64,000 nt of DNA from contig NC_068982.1 of the NCBI RefSeq assembly GCF_001194135.2, positions 105,542,843 through 105,606,842 of the forward strand, written 5' to 3'. The first letter of the stretch is position 1, and every line of letters starts with the position of its first letter. Source of the stretch: Octopus bimaculoides (taxonomy: Eukaryota). Below are positions 25,576-38,226 of the stretch, one piece after another. Both the position numbers and the translations under genes were made by a program. The notes under the pieces were generated by a model. That model saw only the letters and a list, made by a program, of their open reading frames with translations, was not told where the DNA came from and did not search any database.

Positions 25576-25707
25576 ATCCTGCTTTTCTTTCTCCATCTGC
25601 AACTTTAGTTGTTGGAGAGCATTTTCTTTGGCAATTAAGCTCTGCTGTTTTGCTTGCTCTATCATACTTTTCAGCTGTTGTGTTTGCTGCACTAGAGAAT
25701 TGGCCAT
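25576..25707 (-). CDS. DEAF1: DEAF1 coding exon 6
   Basis: ctccttttag acceptor and gtaagc donor, 132 nt, phase 0/0. Encodes MANSLVQQTQQLKSMIEQAKQQ..., which resembles vertebrate DEAF1 [20 protein letters not shown]. Confidence 0.92.
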
Positions 25708-26633
25708 CTAAAAGGAGAGAAAGTGAATAGCAACATAAATAAGAAGGGTTTATAAAAGAAGAGACAGATGTAACATATGCAATAATTATTCCTTTCAAGA
25801 GAGTTTTTTTTTTTTCAATTCAAGTTGTTTGGACTCAGTTCGGTCCTGATAAAGTAGACCTAAGAACCAAAGTGTTCTACCACCACCACCAAAAAGCATT
25901 CTACGGTCATTTTTTTCTGCTAAAGCAAAGGCTAGCTCTGAAAACCTATGACAATCTTCTCCAGTTTATACTATCCTCTGCACTCCCTCCCATACCTTCT
26001 TTGCTCTCATTTCCTCCATTTTTGCACTGGCATCATAGTTAGACCATGTCTTTCTCAGTCTTCCCCTCCTTAACTTCCAAAATCTTATGTACAAGTCTTT
26101 ACAACAGACATTCAAGCACTTAGCCGTCATAAATAGACAGAATTCCTTCCTTACCTCAGCTGGGATCCCAACCTTAGGTTTCGGACCCCTATAGGTTAGT
26201 CTGTACTGTAATTCACTGATATATAATCACATGCATGAAGGACCTTATTCAGGTAGTGTTTTATAGCTGGATGCAACCCTTTTAAGTCACTTCTTACGAC
26301 ACCCAGGAATATGGTGTATCTATTCTAAACCAGAATAAAAGTGCTCCATTCCATCTTCAAGTAGTTTTCTCTGTTGCTGTGCATGCCTAATAATGAAGGA
26401 CAGTGATGAGTGGTAAGATGCTTTGAGAACTGTTTAACATATACCAGTATGAAAAACCTGATGTAAAATACAAATGTATCTAGAATTACATTATCCAAAA
26501 TGTTATTTTTACTTTTTAAGATGGTGGGGTTTGATTTAAACAAATATGTGGTTGCTATTGCTATCAGGTCAAACAACATGTTGAGGTATTTGTCAGCTTT
26601 AATTTCATGCTATACACAGAGTGAAATGAAAAC

Positions 26634-27143
26634 TACCCAATATTGGTTGTTGTCTTACCACCAGAGACTTCATCTTCAATGTATCAAGTGCAAATCAACC
26701 TAACAGTTATCTCTCTATACAATATTGAAAATGTAGGTACAAAAAGAAGGCGAAGTGAAATGGCTTAATCAGGAGTTGAACCTGTATTCTGGATTTGGCT
26801 CACCAAAAGTTTGCCACTAATTCATGGCAAACTTTTCATATTTTAATTCATGGCAAACTTTTCATATTTTAATTCATGGCAAACTTTTCATATTTTAATG
26901 ATTGTACCAATCAGATCGGTACAATCATTAAAATATGTTTATGTAAACACCATGAATTAGTGGCAAACTTTTGGTGAGCCAAATCCAGAATACAGGTTCA
27001 ACTCCTGATTAAGCCATTTCACTTCGCCTTCTTTTTGTACCTACATTTTCAATATTGTATAGAGAGATGACTGTGAGGTTGACTTGCACTTGATACATTG
27101 AAGATGAAGTCTCTGGTGGTAAGACAACAACCAATATTGGGTA
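26634..27143. repeat. 510-bp foldback element with 194-bp inverted arms, internal 26-bp x3 tandem and inner hairpin
   Basis: Arms 26634-26827 and 26950-27143 differ at three positions by eye. Ends are TA-CCCAATATTGG...CCAATATTGGG-TA. Inner hairpin at 26889-26937. Confidence 0.95.
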
Positions 27144-27245
27144 TTATTAGTGAAGTGTCAAAGATGAACAACTGAGATTTATTTATGAAAATATATATAA
27201 TGAGAATGAATAAAAAAAAAAATTAAAATGAATTTAATTTTTCAC

Positions 27246-27349
27246 CTCTTCTAGTTGCCACCAATATTTTTGTTCTGATACATCCATTGATAATACATTA
27301 GGAATTGGTGCTTTTAAAGCATTTGTCAAAGATGTCATTACAACAGCAT
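27246..27349 (-). CDS. DEAF1: DEAF1 coding exon 5
   Basis: atctttcag acceptor and gtgaaa donor, 104 nt, phase 1/0. Ends EQKYWWQLEE (compare DEAF1 WLYLEE). Confidence 0.9.
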
Positions 27350-28903
27350 CTGAAAGATCAGAAAATATATATTATGTATTTAAAGGAGTTGAACCTGTTT
27401 GGCAAGGGAACTGATCTGAGATCACGTGTTGTTAATTAAAAATATTACATTGTGATAAAACACATAACCACACTGTTATATTCACTTTTCATTTTGTAAT
27501 AGTAATATATTATTTGTAAGCAAAAATTTTCAATATACTTTTATATCCAAGTTACACACACACGTTCATACATATTTGTGTGTGTGCTGTATTAAAAGCA
27601 TGATTGCATTCTAGTTTTATCTTTCTTATTAAGGTTTCTTCCAAATTTTCTAGGAGTTCCTTTATTTGGATCAGTAACATTTCCAAATCATGTCCTTTCT
27701 TGACCCTTAAAGTCTTGTCTTCTGGCTTAAATTTTTTTTACTGGTTTCAATCATTGGACTGTGGTCATGCTAGGGCACCAGCTTTTTAAAGGCTGTAGTC
27801 AATCATACTGACCCAGTATGTATTTCAATCTGGCATTTACTTTAACAATCTATTAAACAACTCTTTTTGATGAGATTTAATGTTTGTCTCATGGCTCTTC
27901 CAAAAATCCAACCTTTGACCAAAGGTTGCTATTTTAGTTGTTAAACAGTCAAGTCATGTACAGATGGTACTGGTTTACATGATTGCAAGATGAGCAAGGC
28001 CAATTCAGCATACAGAGGGTTGAGAGTGTAAGTGTGGAAGAACAAACACATGAAGCTCAAGTACATAAGTATACTGAGCATTACGATTATCACTTTATTA
28101 TAAAGGTCAGAGATATGAATGGTAAAAATGCAAGTCAGACACTTTCAGGCAGGTTAGCATACACTTACAAGGCTAAAAACAACGAACACCAACACCCACC
28201 ACTTCATCCAGAAGATGAGACTGTGAAAGTCTAGAAATAGTGATTGATTTTTACAAACTGCATGGAACTCATACACAAATATGTAAAAAAGCCCTTAAAA
28301 AAATGAAACTAGAATGCAATTGCTTTAACACACACAGACGTTAGAGTTGTGAAGTTCATAGCTTTCGTGTCTGCAATCAAATTATAAATCATACTGGTCA
28401 TTGGTAGTTTGTGTGCAGGTTCACAGGTTTGGGGTTTGTTACTGAGCAGGAGATTTTTAATTTCAGTGTCAGTTTATGGTTTGTTGCAAGGCATTTTATA
28501 AAAGTTTTCATGAATGTTTTTAAATAACTCATTTAACTACTCTGGCTTGTATTAATTTGATTCCTATAAAAAACTGTGTTCCACTATACATGTAGGTTAA
28601 TATCACACAACCAATGCATCCTGCTTACCTTATTTTTTCATAGCCTTAACAGATCTACATTCAGTGCCTATGTGACACTAACAAGTAGAATTAGTATCAT
28701 GCTTCAAACAATGTTTTTCTAAGCCCTTTGTCACCAATAAAAGTAACAGACCTGAATTTCTGAATTTCCTCAAAGGACTTCTTAATCAGATTAAGCCTCT
28801 GGAATTAATCTGCCCAGCCCTACAATATAAACCATCTCCATAAAGTTTATTTTATGAAATTAACAACACTTAATTATATATAAAATTGAAATGTACCACT
28901 TAC

Positions 28904-29023
28904 CTCCAGTTACAAAGTTGCCTTGAGGATCTGTTGTAACTATGTGAACAGTTTCTCCATTTTCTGTATTATTCACACTAATGGGACGGCTAAGAGCAGG
29001 ACCACTTGGTAATGTTACAACTA
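28904..29023 (-). CDS. DEAF1: DEAF1 coding exon 4
   Basis: ttttctag acceptor and gtaagt donor, 120 nt, phase 1/1. Encodes VVVTLPSGPALSRPISVNNTENGETVHIVTTDPQGNFVTG. Confidence 0.85.
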
Positions 29024-30163
29024 CTAGAAAATTATACATACAAAATTGAAGGAAATAATAAAATCTTAGCTTAACAATTAAATAAAATAACAATAATTTT
29101 GGGAATTATTATGGAATATACATCACTAATACCCAACATCAATTTTCTCTCTTTATAAGTGTGAAAGCAAGCTAGTTAATTAAAATCTTCATTGGTACAG
29201 TATAGAATTGGTCTGGAAGTTGAGCACTGATGACAACAATGACAGAGACAATATTTAAATATGAGAGCCAAGACAAAACATCTATATTAATAGTGACTGA
29301 AGAGAGGAAGGGTAGATAAGATTCTTTAACTCTGGTATAAACAAAATATCTACAGCTGGTGACATGTTAAAATGCATCTAGTGTTTGGATAATGAAAGCT
29401 GGGATAGTAGCAGTAGAATTATAGAAGCCTAACTTTCAGTTACTTGAATACTATTGAAGGTTGTTAGGTTGTATTTCAAGTTATTGATGCAATGGTTGAT
29501 AATAGAAAGGGCATCCAACCATGTGGAAAATAACATAACATACACAATAGCAATTTGCCAGTTTTCTCTGTTGTGTATGCATGTACTACAAGAAGAAAAA
29601 CATGAAGTATGGTGAGATGCTGTGAGATCTGTCTAACTCCTGCTAGTCTGAAACAAACAAATGAAAAAGATGATGGTCGATGACTGGTGAAACTTATACA
29701 CGCACCCTCCAAAAATCAAGGTATCAAATGTTTCAACTGCTTGTTTTACATTTTTGACAATTTATTTAATGTGAAGTCATGTGGGCTAATGGTTAGGGAG
29801 CTGCACTCATGATTCTAAGATTGTGAGTTTGATCCCCAGACCAGGTGGTGTGTTGTGTTCTTGAGCAAAACATTTCATTTCACATCACTCCAGTCCACTC
29901 AGCTGTAAATGAGCTCCAGCAAGAGCTGGAAAGTTAACCTTGCAACAGACCAATGTCCCACACAGGGGAAAGTGTTGAAACCCCAGTCACTTATATGCTA
30001 TGAAAATTGGATTAAGCTCTGGCCTTATGAGTCCTACAGCTCATGACAAACCGAAATACCAAGTATTTAAATATATTATTGATACTAATCTTATCTCATG
30101 GTAATCTATGTCTTGTAGCATAAAACGCATAAGTTAATTGAACATTCTGGCATTTTGTACAAT

Positions 30164-30805
30164 TCATCATCATCGTTTAACGTCCGCTTTCCATGCTAGC
30201 ATGGGTTGGACGATTTGACTGAGGACTGGTGAACCGGAAGGCTGCACCAGGCTCCAATCTGATCTGGCAGAGTTTCTACAGCTGGATGCCTTTCCTAACG
30301 CCAACCACTCCGAGAGTGTAGTGGGTGGTTCTATGTGCCACCGACACGAGGGCCAGTCACACGGTACTGGCAATGGCCACACTCAAAATGGTGTTTTTTA
30401 CATGCCACCTGCACGGGAGCCAGTCCAGCGGCACTGGCAACAATGTTGCTCGAATGATTTTCTAACGTGCCAGAAAGGCAACGCTGGTAACGATCATGCT
30501 CAAATGGTGCTATTTATGTGCCACTAGCATGGAAGCCAGACAGCTGCTCTGGCAATGATCATGCTCCACTGGCACAGGTGCCGGTCATCGAATATGGTTC
30601 AGTAACGATTTTAATTTCACTTGCCCCAACAGGTCTTTGCAAGCAGAGTTTAGTGTCCAATGAAGGAGAGGTTGGCAAGGGTGCCAGTCGTTGAATTTGG
30701 TTTGATTTCGATTTCAATAATTCACTTGCCTCAACAGGTCTTCGCAAGCAGAGTTTAGTGTCCAATGAAGTAAAGATACAAATAAGTGAGCTGGCTACAC
30801 TTCTG
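30164..30805 (-). mobile_element. RTE 3' UTR fragment with internal tandem units
   Basis: (CAT)n tail, the shared RTE tail sequence, and a duplicated tttcacttgcc.caacaggtc...gtgtccaatgaag unit. Confidence 0.88.
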
Positions 30806-31181
30806 GCAGAGGCCATAGATTATTTTCAGAATACATGACAAGTGTAAGTGTTCAGTCTATGTTCAGTGGGCTGCATCAGGATAACTTGGTTCTCTGAATT
30901 ATTCAAGATACTGTTTCACTTGAAAAACTGTTTACAATGTAATTAGCACTTTAGTACAATTAGGAGGGCAATATTTTTCATCAAGCTCTTGCTCTATGAT
31001 TAATCCTCAACATAGAAACCCTTCAGTATAATTTTTTCTTTTTCAGAGGGCTATGAAAATAACTAGAAAAACAAAGGCATAACAACACAGTAGAGAAAAT
31101 TAAAAAAAAACAAAACAGATAAATTCAATTATATCTTGTTTAAAGCTAAAGAAAAACAAGACAAGAAAATGTAATATTAAC

Positions 31182-31308
31182 CTTCTTTAGACATTCCAGA
31201 AGGCACTATAGATTTCGTCTCACCAGTCCTTTTCTTCATTGTTGGAGATCCATTTTCATTGTCTCTCTTTCGCCGTTTGTATGGTACAAACAAGCGAACA
31301 GGCCCCGT
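31182..31308 (-). CDS. DEAF1: DEAF1 coding exon 3 (basic, NLS-like)
   Basis: ttttacag acceptor and gttaat donor, 127 nt. TGPVRLFVPYKRRKRDNE matches the DEAF1 motif GPVRLFVPYKRRK. Confidence 0.96.
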
Positions 31309-31504
31309 CTGTAAAAATATAAAGATTATTATAAAGAAATGTATGAAATAAAAGTATTAAAAACAAATTTCACCAACAATTTTATAGTTTCAATAATTTC
31401 TTTTATGTGATGAAAAATGTATTCAAGAGAAGCACCAAATCATTAAATAAGTCACAAACTATTATGGACATACAAATTATTTAAGTAGTTATGCTTCAAC
31501 TATA

Positions 31505-31976
31505 CAAGGTGTGTTCAAAAGGCATCCAACTAGTTGTTCCCACCAAAATTAATGCTGCATAGGCAAAATCCATTGGATGGGAGGTAATGCCACCCTTCTT
31601 GTGTGTACGTGAACATTTTCATGTTGGAAGGTCACATCAGTTCCTGGCTGTTGAGTATAGACATGTTGTGTGTGCTTGTCAGATTTGCATTTTCACACAA
31701 GATAACTGAAAGCAGCAAGTAGAATAATGCATCGTCTTTCCAAAAGCTTGGTGATACTCAAGCTTAAACCATCCAGAAGATTCAGGCCTTTGGTGACGAT
31801 GCCAGAGGAAATTTTGAGAAAAGCAACACCAGAGCTCCATAGCATCCCAGATGTGCTACCAGCAATGACAGAACTGCTGAGAGAAGTGTGTGAAAGTATT
31901 TTGAAGATGATTAAATAAAATTTGTGAAATGTACAAAATTGTCTTTTTTATGCCTAAGAGTTTTGAACACATCACG
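31505..31976 (+). mobile_element. Internally deleted mariner element
   Basis: TA-flanked TIRs caaggtgtgttcaaaa / ttttgaacacatcacg. Contains degenerate transposase N- and C-terminal remnants. Confidence 0.8.
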
Positions 31977-31985
31977 TATTTTCCT

Positions 31986-32345
31986 ATCATCATTGTTTAA
32001 CGTCCGCTTTCCATGCTAGCATGAGTTGGACAATTTGACTGAGGACTGGTGAAACCAGATGGCTACACCAGGCTCCAATCTGATTTGGCAGAGTTTCTAC
32101 AGCTGGATGCCCTTCTTAACGCCAACCACTCTGAGAGTGTAGTGGGTGCTTTTACGTGCCACCGGTACGAAGGCCAGTCAGGCAGTACTGGCAACGGCCA
32201 CGCTCAAAATGGTGTATTTTACGTGCCACCTGCACAGGAGCCAGTTCGGCGGCACTGGCAACGATCTCGCTCGAATGTCTTTATACATGCCATCTGGCAC
32301 AAGTGCCAGGAAGGCGATGCTGGGCACAGGTGCCATGACGATTTC
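31986..32345 (-). mobile_element. RTE 3' UTR fragment
   Basis: Same shared RTE tail sequence. Confidence 0.85.
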
Positions 32346-33384
32346 CTATGTTCTTCAAAATTCTAGTGAATCCCAATTTATTATAATGCTGATTTTTTAT
32401 TCAGTTAAATGAGTATTGTAGCGTAGTTACTCATTGCCAATTATTGTAGTATTGCCAATATTTATGATGAACTTGTTTACACTATAACCATGCAGTAACA
32501 ATAAAATATACAACGAAGCAGGATAACAACAATGTAACAATCCAACAAATTTTCCACGAACTATACACAAACAAACTAATGATATTCTGACAAACTACCA
32601 AAACGACACCTTACAACTTCCAGCAATTAACACCTACTCTCCCTTTCTCACTCAAACCACCACTATTTATAGTCATTCGGTCAAGTCTATTCTTGTAGGG
32701 GGTGTCATGACTCTTGCCACAATAGAGACTGAGATTAAACTTGACTTAGTCTAGCATTATTATGTCATCAGTATTTTTTCAAGTAGGAAGTTACAATTTA
32801 AGATATTTTCTAAATTTAGCAAGATGAATTTGTGAGAGACTTCATTCTAGATTTAGCAGATTGGTAAACTCATTTATTAGAAAAAGGTTATATGTTTGAC
32901 TAAATTGCTTTCCATAATTGCTCAATCCCTCAATTTTCTGAATTCAAGTTTCATTAGTGAAGCTTGTATTCACCCAGCCTTATTAATGAAATTGGGTTAT
33001 TTTAACCAGTAGTAATGAATGATAACCTTTAATAGTATTTAACCCTTTTGTGACCATATTTCTAATAAAATTGTTTAACTACTTTAGAAATAATCAAGAA
33101 CTTGGAGGGGTTTAATAAAATAACTGAGTTTTCATTATTAATCTGGTATTTTCAACATTAATTACAAAATAACTCTACTTTATCTTTTCCATAACACTAC
33201 CATCCCAACGTCCATTATCCAAACAAAGCTAAGTACAATTAGATTAAACAAAAAGTCAACATCATTTCTTTCATAATTTAATTTGGTCTTACAATGGTAC
33301 TTCTAGGTATCCAACAAGAAGCACAAAATAAGATATTTATTTTACAGAAAGCCATAGTAAACAAAATTAACAAAATCAACATAC

Positions 33385-33590
33385 GACGGATTCATCATCA
33401 CAGCAGGCTGCACATGTACAAGAAGTAGCATGTGCTCGGAGAATGCCATCTTCAATTAAGCACTGTAGAGTTCGGCCACCATATCGGATACTGCGTTTCC
33501 AGTCTTTACTGCTGGCACGACCACAAAAGGTTTCAAACTCATTTGGAGTGAACCACTGTTCAGAACTTTTTATACATTTTCCACGACCAC
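33385..33590 (-). CDS. DEAF1: DEAF1 coding exon 2 (SAND domain core)
   Basis: attttcag acceptor and gtatgt donor, 206 nt. Encodes [66 protein letters not shown], which has the KDWK motif and the DEAF1-specific [12 protein letters not shown] zinc-binding motif. Confidence 0.98.
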
Positions 33591-33894
33591 CTGAAAATTA
33601 GAGATTATACATTTGATACATTGCAACATTATTTTAAACAAGGGAGAAGAAATTTGCAAGGCCTAAAGTTCTATGAAATTATATAGGTTAATATATCAGG
33701 ACATAACATGAAGGAGGAATGATAACCTATAAAAGGACCTGATAGAAAGTTTCCTTTCTATAGTTACATTAAAATAATTTTGACTGCAGAATCTCAGGAG
33801 AGTCTATGAAGATTTAAATTCACAATAATCTAATTCTTAATCATGTCTGATAACAATTCTTTATCATCAACTTAGGTTTTAATTTAAATAACCT

Positions 33895-35345
33895 TTGCAG
33901 CACAGGAGCTAGTCCAGCGGCCCTGGCAATGACCTCACTCGAATGTTGTTTTTCATGTGCTACTAGTAACGATCATGCTCGAATGGTGGTTTTTACGTGC
34001 CACTGGTACGGGGGCCAGTCAGCGGCCCTGGCAATGATCATGCTCGAATGGGGCTTTTAGTGCTCCACTAGCATGGATGTCAGTCATGCGGTGCTGTCAT
34101 CGAATTTAATTTCGATTTCACTTGCCTCAACAGGTCTTCGCAAGCAGAATTTGGTGTCCAATGAAGGAAAGGTACGTCCAAGTGGGCTGGTTACACCACT
34201 GGCATAGGCCATGGGTTATGGTCTCACTTGGCTTGCCGGGTCTTCTCAAGCACAGCATATTTCCAAAGATCTCGGTCACTAGTTATTGCCTATGTTCGAA
34301 GGTTGAGCTTCACCACCTCATCCCAGGTCTTCCTGGGTTTACCTCTTCCACAGGTTCCCTCAGCCACTAGGGTGTGACACTTTTTCACACAGCTATCCTC
34401 ATCCATTCGCACCACATGACCATACTAGTGCAATCGTTTCTCTTGCACACCACAACTGGTGCTTCTTAGGTTCAACTTTTCTCTCAAAGTACTTACACTC
34501 TGTCAAGTATGCACACTGACATTACACAAAACCATCGGAGCATACTGGCTTCATTTCTTGCAAGCTTACGCATGTCCTTAGCAGTCATGGCCCATGTTTC
34601 ACTACCATGTAGCATGGCTGTTCGTACACATGCGTCACACAGTCTACCTTTTACTCTGAGCGAGAGACCCTTTGTCACCAGCAGAGGTAGGAGCCCTCTG
34701 AACTTTGCCCAGGTTATTCTTATTCTAGCAGCTACACTTTCAGAGCACCCAACCCCTGCTACTGACTTGGGTCACCTAGGTAACAGAAACTGTCAACTAC
34801 TTCTAGTTTTTCTCCCAGGAATGTGGCAGAAGTTGCTCTCTGCACATTTTCAGTCTTTAGTGCTCCTGAGCATCTGCCACATACAAAAACTATCTTCCCA
34901 GTTAGCGTTCCTTTGATATTGCTGCACCTCTTATGTGTCCATAGTGTACACTGGGTACATCTTATACAATTTCTACCTATGCCTTTTCTACAGATCGAGC
35001 AAGGCCATCTACCTGAAAGGATTTGTGGTTTGTCTGCCTTCCTACTTATTAGGACTTTGGTTTTAGCTAGGTTGACTCTAAGGCCCTTTGATTCTAATCC
35101 TTGTTTCCACATCTGAAACTTCTTGTCTAGTTCTGATAGTGACTCAGCAATTAGAGCAAGGTCATCAGCATAGAGGAGCTCCCAGGGGCATCCTATCTTG
35201 AAGTCCTCTGTTATTGCCTGGAGGACTATGATAAATAGGAGGAGGCTGAGGACCGAACCTTAGTGGATTCCTACCTCTAGCCGGAATTCTTCACTGTACT
35301 TGTTGCCAACCCTCACCTTACTGACAGCGTCCCTGTACATGGCTT
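33895..35345 (-). mobile_element. RTE-clade LINE fragment (RT C-terminal half, post-RT region, part of 3' UTR)
   Basis: Contains GIH.GS..GPQPPPIY/LYADDL region, GLRVNLAKTKVL, a C-rich WPCSICRKG..CTQC..WTHKRC segment and LHGSETW. Frameshifted. Confidence 0.93.
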
Positions 35346-35967
35346 GCAAAGCTCTCTATAAGCATATATATATATATATATANNNNNNNNNNNNNNNNNN
35401 NNNNNNNNNNNNNNNNNNNNNNNNNNNNNNNNNNNNNNNNNNNNNNNNNNNNNNNNNNNNNNNNNNNNNNNNNNNNNNNNNNNNNNNNNNNNNNNNNNNN
35501 NNNNNNNNNNNNNNNNNNNNNNNNNNNNNNNNNNNNNNNNNNNNNNNNNNNNNNNNNNNNNNNNNNNNNNNNNNNNNNNNNNNNNNNNNNNNNNNNNNNN
35601 NNNNNNNNNNNNNNNNNNNNNNNNNNNNNNNNNNNNNNNNNNNNNNNNNNNNNNNNNNNNNNNNNNNNNNNNNNNNNNNNNNNNNNNNNNNNNNNNNNNN
35701 NNNNNNNNNNNNNNNNNNNNNNNNNNNNNNNNNNNNNNNNNNNNNNNNNNNNNNNNNNNNNNNNNNNNNNNNNNNNNNNNNNNNNNNNNNNNNNNNNNNN
35801 NNNNNNNNNNNNNNNNNNNNNNNNNNNNNNNNNNNNNNNNNNNNNNNNNNNNNNNNNNNNNNNNNNNNNNNNNNNNNNNNNNNNNNNNNNTATATATATA
35901 TATATATATATATGCTTATTGAGAGCTGTGCAAGCCATGTACAGGGACATAAAATATGGCACCGTAT

Positions 35968-36410
35968 AACAAAAGCATATATATATGCTTTCAGTGCGAA
36001 TGGCTTTGTTATACGGTGCCATATTTTACAATGCTGTAAATAATAATAATGGTATTTTTATATAAGCTTATGCTGTTCACCGTGCAATGACTAAGGAAAA
36101 TAGTCAAATGATGGGACATATAAGCCCTCGAGAGAAAAAAGAAGGCTTATCCATCCACGTGGGACATGAGCCCACATCCCCTTGTTAACATGACTAAGTG
36201 TGTTACCTTTACACACGGATGGGAAAGCCTTCTTTTGTCTGTTGAGGGCTTATATGCCTTGTTATTAGACTATTTTCCTTAGTCATTGCACGGTGTACAC
36301 CATAAACTTTAAGCTTATATAAAAATACCATTATTATTATTTACAGGAATGTAAAATACAGCACCATACAACAAAGCCATTTGCACCAAAAGCATATATA
36401 TATATATATA
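35968..36410. mobile_element. Imperfect ~440-bp foldback/MITE-like element bounded by (TA)n
   Basis: Left arm (gctttcagtgcgaatggctttgtt...aatggtatttttatataagctt...gactaaggaaaatagtc) is the reverse complement of the right arm, with scattered mismatches and indels. Confidence 0.8.
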
Positions 36411-36662
36411 GCAATAAGAAAATGGAAGGGAATATGTGGTACTCATCATCTTGCAGACATTGTATTATATTAATTTACCTGTTTATTTTTCAACTAAGAG
36501 GACAATAAAAAACAATATACAAACACATATGACATATGTCACATGTGTTTGTATATTGTTTTTATTGTCCTCTTAGTTGAAAAATAATCAGGTAAATTGA
36601 CAGAATACAATCTGTGCAAGTTGATGAGTACCACATATTCCCCTCCATTTTCTTATTGCTAT
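36409..36662. mobile_element. ~250-bp hairpin MITE flanked by TA
   Basis: TAGCAATAAGAAAATGGA...TCCATTTTCTTATTGCTA. The arms are complementary almost to the centre near 36535. Confidence 0.85.
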
Positions 36663-36840
36663 ATAAATTAAGGGTAAAATTTCATCTTACCCGCACCCAT
36701 TTATTGCACTTGGTAAAAACACTAGTGTAATAGTAATTGGGTATCCTTCCGGCAGTATATTGGATAAATATTATCCCTTAGTGGGTTGGATTCACAACCC
36801 CTAACTTTCTTGGATTATATATATATATATATATATATAT

Positions 36841-37136
36841 ATGATCGTTGCCAGTGCCCCTGGACTGGCTCTTGTGCGGGTGGCACATAAAAGACACCAT
36901 TTCGAGCGTGGCCGTTGCCAGTACCGCCTGACTGGCCTTCGTGCGGGTGACACGTAAAAGCACCCACTACACTCTCTGAGTGGTTGGCGTTAGGAAAGGC
37001 ATCCAGCTGTAGAAACTCTGCCAAATTAGATTGGAGCCTGGTGTTGCCATCCAGTTTCACCAGTCCTCAGTCAAATCGTTCAACCCTTGCTAGCATGGAA
37101 AGCGGACGTTAAACGACGATGATGATGATGATGATA
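36841..37136 (+). mobile_element. RTE 3' UTR fragment, opposite orientation, (GAT)n tail
   Basis: Reverse complement of the 31986 and 30164 copies. Confidence 0.87.
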
Positions 37137-37353
37137 TATACACACACACATCTCTCTCTATATATATATCCATATACTATTCATATAAATACAGTGTACA
37201 TTTAAATACACTGTATTTATATGAATAATATATAGTCTATTGACTAATTTTTCTACACACGAGACCACTGGTAGTAAAAAATTTCTAAAATTTTTCCTTA
37301 CCCTGATATTATTAATTATATATCCATATATATAGGTGGATATATATATATAT

Positions 37354-38226
37354 ACCAGGTGACCTGCCCAGTAATTCCTGGGAAGGTGGGCTTATCCCTT
37401 GGTTCCATTCTCAAAATTGTTTCGCTAATCCAGTAACAATACAAAGTATGTAGCCCTTAAAACGGTTTTTGTGTATCTATTGAGAATACTGAACTGTCTT
37501 ACAAATGATCTTGTTTTAGGAATTCCCAATAAGTTATGAATACCCAAATTGTGGAGTCAGTTATGTAATAACATGAAATTAATTACCCTATAGTAACAAT
37601 TCAAATAAAGTAGCCCCAAAAAGGGCTTTAATATGTTCCTAGAGTATATAGATCTTAGGAGGAAATACTAAAATCGTGAAACATTACGTAATAACAGGCT
37701 AATCAGATATGAGATAATAACAATTCAAAGTAAATAACTGTGGAAAAAGCTTTTGTGTGTTCCCAGAGAATATTACCCTCAGCAGCGCTAGTGTTGGTAT
37801 ATTTGTGAATAAGTCACTAACTGAAATAAGTGGATCTATTGTTTAGGAGAATACTATTTACTTGTTCAAGCCTTGTACTGGATAAATTGAGAAAATAACT
37901 AAAATAGTTCAAATACTATGAAATAAGCATACTCAATTTCATTTTTACAAATAATTTACAAAGGAGGGAATGGGTTATTTCCCTTGGACGCTTAAAAATA
38001 ATTATGCCAGCCATTCAATCACGCCCAAATGTTATTCCTCCTACCGTTTACCCAAACATTTTTTCGAAATCAATTAATACTTAAAACCTCCCTAAACACA
38101 TAAGCAATGTGGATGTGAAGTTTAAGAAAAATCGGTTGAGCTGTTTTGGTGCAAAATGAGGACATATAGATACATACACACACACACACACACAGACAGA
38201 CATTTTCAGTTTTAATATGTAAGATT
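37354..38226 (+). mobile_element. Non-autonomous Helitron-like (DINE-1/Lep1/HINE-type) element
   Basis: 5' ACCAGGTGACCTGCCCAG..CTGGG hairpin and degenerate internal repeats (agtaacaat.caaa...). The 3' end AAAATCGGTTGAGCTGTTTT, (CA)n-CAGACAGAC, ttttaatatgtaagat is typical of this class. Confidence 0.65.

Noticed and set aside
26818-26897. Short tandem units (and 63663-63742) as CRISPR-like arrays
   Set aside because: They have no unique spacers and the context is eukaryotic.
32036-32062. CTGAGGA...GAAA in the RTE tail as a hammerhead
   Set aside because: GAAA forms the loop of CTGGT-GAAA-CCAG rather than following stem II, and there is no helix III or cleavage triplet.
35320-35947. Palindrome of RTE sequence across the 35383-35890 gap
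   Set aside because: It is centred on a gap and a (TA)n run, so it may be a scaffolding artefact.
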